54,613 nt of DNA from Trichomonas gallinae (GCA_008369845.1 MRSU01001875.1:1-54613); one strand, 5' to 3'. Positions 1 through 11,307 are shown, counted from the first letter of the stretch. Notes: generated from the sequence alone by a model not told the origin. Numbers and translations are program-made.

Positions 1-280
1 CATTTTTAAGAGATAAAATTTTAACCATAATATATACTATATATTTGCAATATATCTATGGAAGTGCAGGGCATCCTTAAGCACTTTTCATCAGACCCGT
101 AACATATTATAACGATTTTTTTTTAATTCAAACCTCATGCCATTATATCCTCAAGAGACAAATGAATTTTTTTATTGATTCGAAACAACCAATGTATTGT
201 TTTACAATATAGATCAAGATTTTTATATTGTTCGAAAATTAAACAAGTTTGATTAATTCTTATGTTATATTAAATATGTG

Positions 281-2235
281 CTATGTACCAATGAGCATGT
301 CATAAATGCTGCATGCTTGCGCAAGTGAATGGAAGATGCTGCGACCGAAGATGAGTTCATGAGCTAAAGTGGCGTCTTTATTCAGATGGCGATTAATACA
401 TTTGTATATTGGGAGAAAATATGGATTTGGTTTTGCTTGAATTCCACAGACTCTTTCCCCGGAGAAGAGTGAAGTTGTGTTGATTGATGCAATGCCATAG
501 TTTTGGAATGCTTGCACTGTTTTTTCAGGGCATAAGCTGCTTTTGCCAAAGAATGAAATCGAGACTTTGTTGCTGTTTACGATAGTCGAGCTAAATGCAT
601 TTGTATATATTGTGACGTTGTCTTCAAAAACGATAACTGAAATTGAGTCACAGTCACTGAAACTGTATGCAAGCGCTGTAGAATTTTGAAGAAACTCAAT
701 CCTACTTAGTTTAGAACATGATTTAAAGGCGTCTTGATTAACTGTACATCCTGAATTAATATACAAACATTCGATGGATGTATCCGAGAAACATTCACTG
801 CCTATTGTTTCAACTGTTTCAGGTAACATTATGAATGAGAGGTCTGAACAGCCTTTAAAGCAGCTATCCTGAAGAACTTTCATTTTTTCTGGCAATGAAA
901 CTGATTTCAATGAAATGCAGCCTAAGAAACAACTAGCTGAAATTTCTGTTGAAGAATTTTCAAAGCGTAAACTTGTCAACTTAGAGCAGTACGCAAAAGC
1001 ATTTTTCCCAATCGAAACAACAGATTTTGGAATAGATATGCTTTCAAGACTAATACAGTTATAAAATGCTTCGCTTTTAATGAATTTTAAGTTATTTGAG
1101 AGTGGTGCAGCTTTAAGTTTTATACAGTTCTTAAATGTTCCTGTTTCAAGTGTAATAGTGTATGGAAGCGTAATATTTGTCAAATTTACAAAATTACAAA
1201 ATTGATTTTCTCCTGTACTCTGAAAATACGATCTAATTAATTCAAAATTGCTGATTAATGAAAACCCAGTAAGATCTGGGGAATTACAATCTGTTTGGTT
1301 CATAAGACGGCGTATTTTTATATTATTTAACGAAGGGCAATTTTGAAATGCTAATGTGGAAATTGTAAGTGGAACAAGAGTATCGTCCATATCTATTTCC
1401 TTGAGATTTAAACATGAGCTAAAAGCATATTTTTGAATTTTTTGAACGCTGTAAGGAATATTAACTTTTGTTATTTTTTTAAGATTTGCAAAAACATATG
1501 AATTCATGCCATCAAAGAAAAAACTATATGTAATTGATTCAAGATTATCCCACCCAGGACTACCAGATGCTGTAATAGGACGATTTAATGTAATTTGCGT
1601 TATAGGACAATTTCCAAAAGCATTAACACCAATCTCTAAATTAAAACTCGAATAATGAATTATAATATTTTCAAGTTTAGTACATATAGTAAAAGCATTA
1701 GATAATATTCTGTTGCAAAAAGGTGTTATTGAAATGGTTGTGAGATTTGCATAAGTACTTTCTGATAAAAGATTAAATGAACTAGATTCTGCGAAAATAA
1801 ATTCATGACCTATTGTAAAATAATTCAGAGATGGACATTTCAAAAAAGCATCTTTGTATAATCTCACCTCGTCTGAATAAAACGCATAAATCTTTTCAAT
1901 AGTAAAATTTTTTAACTTTTGGCAATTATAAAATACATAATCACCAACTTCATAGCATCTGTAAGTTAAAGTTACAGTTTCAATATTATTCCATCCAACT
2001 TCTACACCTGACTCTATATCAAATATAAAGTAAAGTGTTTTAATACCTATTGGAATTATGAGTGAAAAAAATTATCCGGTATTTCAGTAAAATTGTTAAC
2101 AATAATTGTTTTAGCAGTTGATATTTTATCACAGGTATTAGCGATAGTATCATTATTTCGATATATTAAAAGGTATCCCTCGGCCTGTTCTTCACATGCC
2201 GATCGACAAAGATGAAGTAATAAGAATAAAATACC
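281..2235 (-). pseudogene. BspA-like TpLRR (LRR_5) surface protein; frameshifted and lacking an ATG as assembled
   Basis: ORF 281..1867 has many TpLRR repeats (e.g. SISIPKSVVSIGKNAFAYCSKLTSL). The same frame stays open upstream to 2071. A second frame (about 2235-2066) gives GILFLLLHLCRSACEEQ...FTEIPDNFF, a signal-peptide-like start. The two frames meet at the A7 run 2065-2071. There is no in-frame ATG after the Inr-like TCATTTTT at 2249-2242. Confidence 0.7.
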
Positions 2236-2560
2236 TTAGAAAAAAATGATTTTAAATCATGATTTGCTACGCGTATAAAAATGTCACTTTTGTATAAAAT
2301 GTAAAATGTAAAAATCCGAGTTTATTGTTTTTTTAAGGGTGTACCCTTAATATTTGAACATTCTTATTCAATTTTGTAAAGCTTTGATCAATTTTCAACC
2401 ATTGGATAGTCAATACATGAAATATATTATCATGATATTTCATTCAAATTTTATTTATCGATTTTTTCGTTCGAAAAATAATATTTGAATGTAAACAATG
2501 AGTTAATTCCTAATTTGATTAAAGAGGGACTGACCCTATTTTGTAAAAGTGACAAAGCCT

Positions 2561-3595
2561 ATGATTGAATCTGATTTCACTTTAATTCCTCAGCAAATAT
2601 TTATATCATCATTCACTATTTTAGCTGTACTGCAATGTGCTGAAGTCATTGCTTCATATTATCTTCCGATTTTTTTCCCGGAATTTAGATATGAAACGGA
2701 AATTCAAGGATCACAAGAAAATGGCATCTATATGATTGTTCTAACAGTAAATCCATCGAATTTATCACGAGTTGCAGAGTCATACCATTATTGGGGAAAA
2801 GATTTTTCCGAACTCTTCACAAAATCTATAATTCGATATGCAACACCATTAGATCTACCATTTGAACCCGATTTACAATTTATTTCATATTGGAATAATT
2901 CAATTTCGCATAGTCAAAATTTTCTTTTTCAATATATTCAAAATCTTCATGATTTTTACTATGGCACAAACCTAGATTGGGCAATAAGAACTACTGAAGA
3001 CTGTTTTGTTGATATTAGACAGCTTGGAAGATATATTGAAGATTTATCAAGATTTAAAGATCCAAGGAAGGATTTAATCATCAAAGGACATCTTGTAAGA
3101 TCATCTGTGATTGTTAATAGTACAATTTTAGAATTTTTACATGGAGGATCAGGTTGGATCATTTCACGTGCAATGGCTAAGTATATTTTAGACAATAAAG
3201 AAGAGCTCATTTCACTGGTGTTCACTGGAACAAATAAAGGTGATGATATTCTAACTTTTGAATTAATAAATCGCCTGAAATTAACTCCAATGGAAGTTCA
3301 ATCATATAGTTTTCTAGGAGTTCCATTGGATGATGAATCAATGGAAGCACTTAAGTATGGAAGATTCAATAAAATTCCAAATTGTGATTTTTCAGCAGAT
3401 TCGCTGCAGTACACATTTTCATTCAACCAGATTATATTCTGGCATAATGGAAGAGCAGATAGTTTCACAAATAATAATGGATTTCGATTGATTTCTGATA
3501 CATCAGACGAAATTAAAGTTCAAACGAAAGGATTAAAAGCCGAACTATGTTTCTATGGTCAGAATTCACACAGTCGTTCAATTTTAAGAAAATAG
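2561..3595 (+). CDS. Putative GT31 (Fringe/beta-1,3-galactosyltransferase-like) type II membrane glycosyltransferase
   Basis: N-terminal hydrophobic stretch. WAIRTTEDCFVDIRQL resembles the GT31 W..k.DDD.fv motif, FLHGGSGWIISRA resembles GGaGy.lSr, and GDDIL resembles EDv. First ATG at 2561 follows AAAGTGAC (2546-2553). Confidence 0.65.
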   Translation: MIESDFTLIPQQIFISSFTILAVLQCAEVIASYYLPIFFPEFRYETEIQGSQENGIYMIVLTVNPSNLSRVAESYHYWGKDFSELFTKSIIRYATPLDLPFEPDLQFISYWNNSISHSQNFLFQYIQNLHDFYYGTNLDWAIRTTEDCFVDIRQLGRYIEDLSRFKDPRKDLIIKGHLVRSSVIVNSTILEFLHGGSGWIISRAMAKYILDNKEELISLVFTGTNKGDDILTFELINRLKLTPMEVQSYSFLGVPLDDESMEALKYGRFNKIPNCDFSADSLQYTFSFNQIIFWHNGRADSFTNNNGFRLISDTSDEIKVQTKGLKAELCFYGQNSHSRSILRK

Positions 3596-3894
3596 TTCAT
3601 CATAATTATATTCATGAAATATTTATATATTTTTTATTCATATATTGTTGTTTTTTGTCATTATTTATCAATATAAACATGTTAGTATTGTATTTATATT
3701 CAAATATTTAGTTTTTATCTTTTTCCGTTTTAAAATTGAATAAAAAACAAATAATCAAGTCAATTTCTGATGAAAACAACATCACGAAGTTATTTTTGTT
3801 TTATGTTGTTAACATCTGTTTCATAGCAAGCTAATTTGCGAATAATATTAAATTATATAAAAATATCTATTTAATGCAATATTAAAACAAAATT

Positions 3895-5085
3895 CTATTT
3901 CACTTGTAGGCCAAGTGACACCCATCCATCCCTTAAATTTTGATTTCTTGCAAAAAGTTCTAAATACAAACAATTAGGGAACATTCTCTCTATTATTCTA
4001 TAAAGCTCATCAGGTTTATGCGATTGCCTCGCATTTCGCAACGAAAAAATCAAATCTTGGAACATCTCCAAATTACATATGGGCGGCTGCTTCCCTTTCC
4101 TTCCAATAATTATTGTCTCTTTAGCATGTGATACATATGTGCCTGTTGCTGGCAGTATCTTTCCAATTACACTCATTTTTACCCAATTTCCTAAGCCATC
4201 AATCTCGTAGCCCCAGTTTGTCATGATTTTAACTGCTTCCGTGAATAAAGACATAACAACCCACATAAAGCAGTATCCATCTTTTTGAATTGCTGGAATA
4301 TTCATGTTCGCGATATCATCTAACTGCATAGTTTGGTACTCTAAAGGCGAACTACCGAATCCTTGATTGAGCGTAATAGGCCAGGGTGGGTCCATTAAAA
4401 TCACATCGAATTGAGTTGCTTGTCCTAGTTTTTCCCAGTCGAACTCATTGACATCTACTTGTATTGATAATGATCCCTTTGTTTTTTCATCGAATCCTAT
4501 GACAGTTGTGTAAACGTTATTTGTATCAACAGGTAATTTATCTATTTCGTCTTCTACCCATTCAAGCTGCTCTAAAAGGGAGTCATTGGTCAGCTTCGAA
4601 ATCTCTGTGATGTCGAATTTAATGACATTCGGATCTTCAATGAAATAAGAAATAGAAGGGCGGCCATTTGGTCTAAAATTAGGTATTCTAGTGTTGAATC
4701 CTGTTTCATTTGGATCCAAAAACGTCTCTGGATGAAAAATTTTATCTTTGATTTCCGAAAACTCAAAAAATCGGCATGGAGTTCCATCAGGCTTAGTATT
4801 TTCCATGAATTCATCATCAACAGCATCGCTTAAATGGTATGATTCGAGCCATTTATCAATGTTTGTAATTGAAACTGAAAGAGCTCGCGTAGATTTCAAT
4901 GGCGCCGGCTTTTTTGAGTCATATCTGCGATATCTGAATGGAAACAATTCATCTTGCGAACTTGATTGAGTATTTGAATAAATTTTTTTCTTATGACTGT
5001 TTTTGGAATCATTTTTTGGCTGGCTTTTCTGATATTCATCCGAATCTGATGAACTAGGATCAGATTCTTTGAGTTTTTTTCGCAT
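3895..5085 (-). CDS. MT-A70 family N6-adenine methyltransferase, AMT1/MTA1-like
   Basis: FDVILMDPPW catalytic motif (4381-4392), then GYCFMW, NWGY, WVK, HAKE, QSHKPDE, YLELFAR and GWVSLG. Confidence 0.92.
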   Translation of the reverse strand: MRKKLKESDPSSSDSDEYQKSQPKNDSKNSHKKKIYSNTQSSSQDELFPFRYRRYDSKKPAPLKSTRALSVSITNIDKWLESYHLSDAVDDEFMENTKPDGTPCRFFEFSEIKDKIFHPETFLDPNETGFNTRIPNFRPNGRPSISYFIEDPNVIKFDITEISKLTNDSLLEQLEWVEDEIDKLPVDTNNVYTTVIGFDEKTKGSLSIQVDVNEFDWEKLGQATQFDVILMDPPWPITLNQGFGSSPLEYQTMQLDDIANMNIPAIQKDGYCFMWVVMSLFTEAVKIMTNWGYEIDGLGNWVKMSVIGKILPATGTYVSHAKETIIIGRKGKQPPICNLEMFQDLIFSLRNARQSHKPDELYRIIERMFPNCLYLELFARNQNLRDGWVSLGLQVK

Positions 5086-5174
5086 AAAATATCAAATGAA
5101 ATTTCAGCAATCTACAATTTTGATTTTATATGAGTTTTATCCGAACATTTTCATAAAAATCATTTTTCTTTTCG
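5086..5174. promoter_or_regulatory. 89-bp divergent promoter region with two outward-facing Inr-like elements
   Basis: TCATTT on the minus strand (about 5099-5094) precedes the MT-A70 ATG. TCATTTTT on the plus strand (5160-5167) precedes the ATG at 5175. Confidence 0.6.
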
Positions 5175-7391
5175 ATGGATTTCGATCCATTGATTCTCCT
5201 GCTAATCAAGAATCAAAACCAGGAAGAATTGGATGAACTACGAAATATATTAGATGAATATCATACTAATCCCGCATTTATTTTCAGTTTAATTCAACAT
5301 TTGAATGTGGTTGGATTCGATAACATAATTAAAGACATATTAATTATAGAAATCAAGAATTGTATAAGATTGTATTGGAATGACGACGAATTCTGGTCTG
5401 AATACGATAAAATTAATATAATACAATCTTTATTTCAAACAATCGTTACAACAAATGATAGTATTCGATGGAAGGTTACATACATATTTGATTCATTGAT
5501 ATCAAAACGATTGCACAATATTTGGTGGTATGATATTTTTATTAATATTATTAACACTGCAGATGCATCAATGAAGATATATTTCATATACATTGGGACC
5601 AAAATCATGAAAATACACAACAAAGAACGAAAATTGCTGCCACAAGAATTCGATTCAATTTTATTTAATGTTTATAATGCATATAGACCCATATTCGATT
5701 CATTTTATGAAAATAGTCCTGTTAATATGATCGAATGCAATATTTGTATTCTAATAATTAAATCATTACGATATTTGATCAAAAATTCATCAAATATTGC
5801 CAGAAATGAAAATTTGGAAATGTTAACTGGTGTTCTAATACAACACTTAAATGTACAGAACCAGTCAAATCCATATCTTGAATTGAAAAATCAAATATTG
5901 AAATTATTTCAAACAATGATTTCTGAATTTTATGGATCACAGAGTCAATCATATATACTCGCTGATCCATATCGAAATGCATTTGCTGAACAATTCAAAT
6001 CTATTACTATTCATCAAATAATTTTATTAATCAAGCAAATTGCAACCAATACTGAATCTAAGAAGATAAACAACACAGTTGTTTTCATTGTATATCAGAT
6101 TCTTTTCTATGAAATCGATTTAGACATAGTTTCACAAGATTTGATAATTTATTTAATTAATCAATGCATTTTGCAACCATCTGATATTGAAGAAATCACT
6201 ACTAATCCTATGATGTACAAAGAGCAGCAACTAGAATTTGAAATAGTTTTAGATAGAAATCTTCCGAGATTAATATGCGCGTCAATCATTAGAAAAATTG
6301 ATGAAATCAATCCAACTGTTATAGAAACATTGATACCATCGGATACAGAAGAAATACAAATAATTGAATCAAAAATTTTCTTAATTTCAGCAATAATATG
6401 GAATAGACTCAAATCAGGACAATATATACCAGAAGAACTCTGCGAAATTTTGGTCAACATTTGCACAGAATGTTTTAATTCAGATTCAAATCCAATAATT
6501 TTGTCAGCCTTTAATTTATATTCATTAATCATTCCACATTACAATCCATCAGATGGTGTTGTTCTATGTGAGAACATTCTCGTTAACGATTCTACACTAG
6601 AAAATCCACTAATTGGCGTTTTTGCATCAAAAGTCATCAAAAAAGTTATAGAAAGCGAAGACTTGCTTCCGCAAATCAATGTGCCAATAGTAGTGGACTC
6701 CCTGCTTAAGCTCATTGATGCTGCACGCTCAAGAACTTTCTTCAAACTGATACAAACGATTTGCCAAAACTATTCCGCCTTCGTTGTCCCTTTTCTCAGC
6801 GAAATCTTCAATATTTTCATCACTGGTGCTGAAGAATATGAGTTAGACTCTTTCATCGCCGAGAATTCTTTGGAGACATTATATGAGATTCTCGAAAGCT
6901 TCGAAGATGACGAAGAAATAATGATGGAAATCTTCAAAAACATCATGCAGAGACTCATAAACATCTTCTATTCGTGTGATGAGAACTATCCATTCGGTGA
7001 ATTGCTGAATATCTTTGTTTTCTTTTCTGATCATATCAAATCTGACATGCAGGACCTCTATGACGTTTTCACTGTTATTGTTAATGATATTTTAACGGAT
7101 GAAAACAAGGCTGATAGCATTTTCATGCTATTTTCGAAGGAATTTACACTATATGTTACACCTCTGTTTTCTGAGCGTGATTCTGAGTTTATAGCAACTG
7201 AAGAGGTTATATCCGCGTTCATTAACATGTGTTCAATATGGAATTCCTATCTACAAGATTCAATCAATTCTGGAAATTCTGAAATTTGCGCAACTTCATT
7301 AATGAACTTTATGTTCGTGTTAAATATTGGAATTCAAACATTTGAAGATAACAATTACTTAATAGAACTGTTTAATCAATATCATGAATAA
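5175..7391 (+). CDS. Importin-beta N-terminal-domain HEAT-repeat protein (importin-7/8 or Cse1-like), divergent
   Basis: 738 aa, helical and acidic. IEIKNCIRLYW resembles the IBN_N motif (lKN.i...W). DIEEITTNPMMY...LPRLICASII resembles the importin-7/Cse1 'e.dP.ey...spR.aa' segment. Confidence 0.6.
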   Translation: MDFDPLILLLIKNQNQEELDELRNILDEYHTNPAFIFSLIQHLNVVGFDNIIKDILIIEIKNCIRLYWNDDEFWSEYDKINIIQSLFQTIVTTNDSIRWKVTYIFDSLISKRLHNIWWYDIFINIINTADASMKIYFIYIGTKIMKIHNKERKLLPQEFDSILFNVYNAYRPIFDSFYENSPVNMIECNICILIIKSLRYLIKNSSNIARNENLEMLTGVLIQHLNVQNQSNPYLELKNQILKLFQTMISEFYGSQSQSYILADPYRNAFAEQFKSITIHQIILLIKQIATNTESKKINNTVVFIVYQILFYEIDLDIVSQDLIIYLINQCILQPSDIEEITTNPMMYKEQQLEFEIVLDRNLPRLICASIIRKIDEINPTVIETLIPSDTEEIQIIESKIFLISAIIWNRLKSGQYIPEELCEILVNICTECFNSDSNPIILSAFNLYSLIIPHYNPSDGVVLCENILVNDSTLENPLIGVFASKVIKKVIESEDLLPQINVPIVVDSLLKLIDAARSRTFFKLIQTICQNYSAFVVPFLSEIFNIFITGAEEYELDSFIAENSLETLYEILESFEDDEEIMMEIFKNIMQRLINIFYSCDENYPFGELLNIFVFFSDHIKSDMQDLYDVFTVIVNDILTDENKADSIFMLFSKEFTLYVTPLFSERDSEFIATEEVISAFINMCSIWNSYLQDSINSGNSEICATSLMNFMFVLNIGIQTFEDNNYLIELFNQYHE

Positions 7392-7930
7392 TTTTTTGTT
7401 TGTAATTTTTTTTAAAAAAATTAGAATTTATATATTTAGATCCTTATATATTTTTATATGTTAGATCAAAAATGTATGAAATGATTTTAAAAACAAGAAA
7501 CGTTATATCTCGAATTTATAAGATTATTTTGACTAGCGCCCATTATGAGTATTGTTCATATATGTCCATACTACCTACTTCCAAAATTTCAACTTTTTTT
7601 TGATGTGAAGTAATTGATTTTACATGACAAATTGTCATATTCATTAGAATTTTGTATAAGTTACATGTCAAATTTCTATGAAACTTGATTTTTTAAAAAA
7701 ATCGCCGATTTTAGACGTTTTTGACCGCAAATATATCAATAAAAAGTGAAATTATTATAGTGTTAATTAATCTCCTGCAAAATGCATAGTATAATCATTA
7801 CTATGATAGATATATTGATACTGAGAAAATTTATAAACGTGCGCAAAATAGGGGATTTAACTTTCTGAAAATTGTGAAAAATAGGGTATATGACCCCTAA
7901 ATAAATTTTTAAAAGGGTCCAACTCCAATA

Positions 7931-10684
7931 ATGGATGGAGTGAAATTTGCTCTTAGTTCGATTATTCCTGTTGGTGAGAAATTGAAATTATGTATAGCGA
8001 GACTAAGAACCGATAAATCGCCAGAATTGATGAATAAAATGCAGGAAATGATTAACGAATTCGATTCTAAAATTTATAATTTCCAAGATTTACTTCCAAA
8101 AGAAAAACCAAAGCCAGATCCAGAACCAAATGCGATAACTACACAGGTTGTTGATACTTTTAACAGCAGAAAACAAAAAATTTATCAACGTTATTCTGGA
8201 GAAATCAGCCAAATCAATCAGAGATACAAAAATCTGAGAAAACAGATCGTAGCAAATACAGAATTATATTGCAACAAGGTATATGAACTAGAAGAAAAAT
8301 TCAAATCTGATGTTGAGAAACTAGAGAACGAAAGAGATAATGAAATCGATCGCAGAAGGACTGCAGTTGACGATGAAATAAGAAATATTGATCAAAAATT
8401 TAGACCAATAAAATTAGAATTTCAAAGAAAAACACAAGCGAAAATAGAGGAAATTAACCAAACGTCTGATAATACTTATAAGCATTGGCAAGAGTCTATC
8501 GCATCAACGAAGCAAGCAATCGAAGGCGTCGAAAAAGAATATTCAGAAAAAGAAGAATTTTTCATAACAAGTGAGCAAGAAATCGTCAACAGCTACAAAA
8601 ACAGGTGCCAAACAATAAGAGAAGAACAAGAGGCCGAAATGGGCAAAATCATTGACGAAATGAACGAAGTGAAAAAACTTATTCACAGAGAGAAAGACAA
8701 AGTATTGAACATCAACGACAGAGGAAACATAGCGGTAACAACCTATCATTCAAACTATTCGGAAATGGTGGCGAAACTCTCAAAGCATCACACTACACAA
8801 ATGAAATTAATCGAGATAAAACTTGCTGAAGCAAGACATAAAGCAGAGAGATTAACTGACATCTACGCAGAGAAAAGCGAAAAGTTTAAAGACATAATTG
8901 TAGTAAACACATCAGAGCAAGATGAGCAAATTAAAAAGGAGGTAGATAAGAGGCCAAAACTAATAGAAGACGCCGTAAAAGAGAAAACAGAAGAATATAC
9001 AAAACAAATAGAATTACTTCAAACAAAAATCAACAATCTACAAACAGAAATCAACTCAAACATCACTGAAGCCAACAAAATTGTTTCTTCTGTCCATAAA
9101 GAGATGAATGACAAGCTGAATAAAATACAGGATGCAAATGATAAAGAAATAAGAGAGTTAAATGAAGAAATAACAAAAATTGTAACATACAAAAGTAAAA
9201 TCGAAGGTGAAGAGAAAACATTGAGAGATTCTACTGAAATCATTTTCCAGTCACAAGTTAACAACCTCAACATCGCTCTGACAGCAATGAAGAGACGACA
9301 TGGCGAAGAAATAGATACAATAACAGCAAGAGAAAAACCAGTAGAAGAATTTATTGACTACGATAAACTTTATGAAGACGAAATAAATAAAACTGATAGC
9401 GAATACAGACAAGAAGAAGCCTCATACGAAAAAGAGAAGTCAGTGTTGCTTGGTGTTAAAGCTGAAGAAGATAAATCACGAGGATATTTAGAAACACGAA
9501 AACAAAATTCGCCTGAAGTCACTGCGATGAAGGAGACAGCAGACGACTTGAAAACTAAATTACATGATGTCACGGCTAGGTCTGACAGTGGAAAAGCTGC
9601 ATCAGCAGCAAAGCTTGAATCAGACAAGAAAGTTTTAGATTTGAAATTAGAAGCAACAATTAATCAAATAGAAAAACATCATCAAGATAAAATGAATATG
9701 TTAAGGAAAGATAAAGAAACATTCAAAAACGAACACGATAAAATCCAAAAGCAGTTGGATGAAGCAGCGAAGCGTAACGATGAAGCGAAAGTCAGAGCGA
9801 AGCTCGCTGATGAGATGAACGCGAGAATTCCTGAGCAGATGAAAGAAGAAGCAGCAAAAAAGAGAGAAGAATTGCTGGAAACATATATAGACCAAGCTTT
9901 CGATCAAAACAGGAAAGTTAGAAAACTTGAAGAGCAAAAGAACAAACTAGCAGAAGAAACAGAGAAGACAGTCAGGAGATCAGAATACCTCAGAACACAT
10001 ATAGCTCTAAGAAAGCAAGAATATGAAAACAAAATCAAAGAAGGATTGGATAGATTGGATCACGATTATTTCATCATGAAGAAAGAACAAGAACAATTGA
10101 TGGAGAAACTTGCTCAGACATACAAAGACAACAAGGATACTTTACTAGATGAGATTATTGATAGATCGAAGTCTGCTGATGAGTTGATTGCGAAAATAGA
10201 GAAGCTTCAGAATGACAGCAAAATCGGAATTGAAAGAGCCATTGAGATGATGGTTAACGAATTGACAGGCGAACATATGAACAAGCAAAAAGAGAGAAAG
10301 AAAGAACTTGATGCTGAAAAGAAAGTTATTCAGGTAGAAATCGACAATTTATTGTTTGAAATTAAGAAAGAGAAAAATTGGAAAGCACAGGATAATAGAA
10401 TGGCCCTGAAACGAGAGTTTGAGAAGATGGAGAAAGAGATGAGTAATAAGGAGGAAGAGGTCGACAAATTGCAAAAAGAAGTCGAAGTGCTGAAGAAGAA
10501 ACTTGATGAAGAAATGAACTCGCCATGCAAGAAGTGTCCTAAAGTCCAGGAAGAGATAGATTTCGTGAAGAAGGACATCCTCGATATTGTCACTCACATG
10601 CAAAACGTAGAATTAGAAGACTCAAACAGAAACTTTATAGCCACTCATTTCGGCACAAAATCTCTTCCACCACTCAAAAACTAA
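7931..10684 (+). CDS. Long coiled-coil protein (917 aa) with C-terminal CxxC and LPPLK
   Basis: E/K-rich heptad pattern throughout. PCKKCP lies near the C-terminus. Confidence 0.85.
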   Translation: MDGVKFALSSIIPVGEKLKLCIARLRTDKSPELMNKMQEMINEFDSKIYNFQDLLPKEKPKPDPEPNAITTQVVDTFNSRKQKIYQRYSGEISQINQRYKNLRKQIVANTELYCNKVYELEEKFKSDVEKLENERDNEIDRRRTAVDDEIRNIDQKFRPIKLEFQRKTQAKIEEINQTSDNTYKHWQESIASTKQAIEGVEKEYSEKEEFFITSEQEIVNSYKNRCQTIREEQEAEMGKIIDEMNEVKKLIHREKDKVLNINDRGNIAVTTYHSNYSEMVAKLSKHHTTQMKLIEIKLAEARHKAERLTDIYAEKSEKFKDIIVVNTSEQDEQIKKEVDKRPKLIEDAVKEKTEEYTKQIELLQTKINNLQTEINSNITEANKIVSSVHKEMNDKLNKIQDANDKEIRELNEEITKIVTYKSKIEGEEKTLRDSTEIIFQSQVNNLNIALTAMKRRHGEEIDTITAREKPVEEFIDYDKLYEDEINKTDSEYRQEEASYEKEKSVLLGVKAEEDKSRGYLETRKQNSPEVTAMKETADDLKTKLHDVTARSDSGKAASAAKLESDKKVLDLKLEATINQIEKHHQDKMNMLRKDKETFKNEHDKIQKQLDEAAKRNDEAKVRAKLADEMNARIPEQMKEEAAKKREELLETYIDQAFDQNRKVRKLEEQKNKLAEETEKTVRRSEYLRTHIALRKQEYENKIKEGLDRLDHDYFIMKKEQEQLMEKLAQTYKDNKDTLLDEIIDRSKSADELIAKIEKLQNDSKIGIERAIEMMVNELTGEHMNKQKERKKELDAEKKVIQVEIDNLLFEIKKEKNWKAQDNRMALKREFEKMEKEMSNKEEEVDKLQKEVEVLKKKLDEEMNSPCKKCPKVQEEIDFVKKDILDIVTHMQNVELEDSNRNFIATHFGTKSLPPLKN

Positions 10685-11307
10685 CATTGTTATATTATTA
10701 TTTGTTTGTAAATATTGGTATTTAATAACTCATATAACATAATTTCGAGCTTTATTTTGCATTTACTTTGGGAAATCTATTGATTATGAATAACAAAATT
10801 TACCTAATTTTTTTGAGACTAGGACATTGTTAAAATTGAAAATTTGAAACAATAGCGCAACTTTATCAGACACTATAATTTTTTTATATGAAAATTTCAG
10901 TTAAATCTCTTCATTCTTGATAAAGTTTTCTTATTTTCAGATTGGAATGAGTTTTATGAACATGTTCCAGAAAGAAATTCTACTTCTAAGAAGAAAAATG
11001 ATAAATTCTTAAATATAATTCCTTATCTTTCTTCTACTGAGTGTGAAGCTCTAATTGCATTAAAAATAGCAAAAATCAAGGAATTGCAGACACGCAATAA
11101 TTCAAATCATATCCCATTAAATCGTTATTTATTATATTTGTTTATCCTTGAATTATAGCTATTAATATATAATAAGTGCGCTGGAACCTCAACCCAATAA
11201 ACAATAAATCATACATATATTAAACGACTAACTGCAAAGAAATTATAAAAAACAAAGTTTATTCACACAAATATTCATATATAAAAACATGATAAAACAA
11301 TATATAA

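Noticed and set aside
3895..7391. Restriction-modification or defence system built around the methyltransferase
   Set aside because: The neighbours are a karyopherin-like gene and a glycosyltransferase-like gene. No nuclease motifs were seen.
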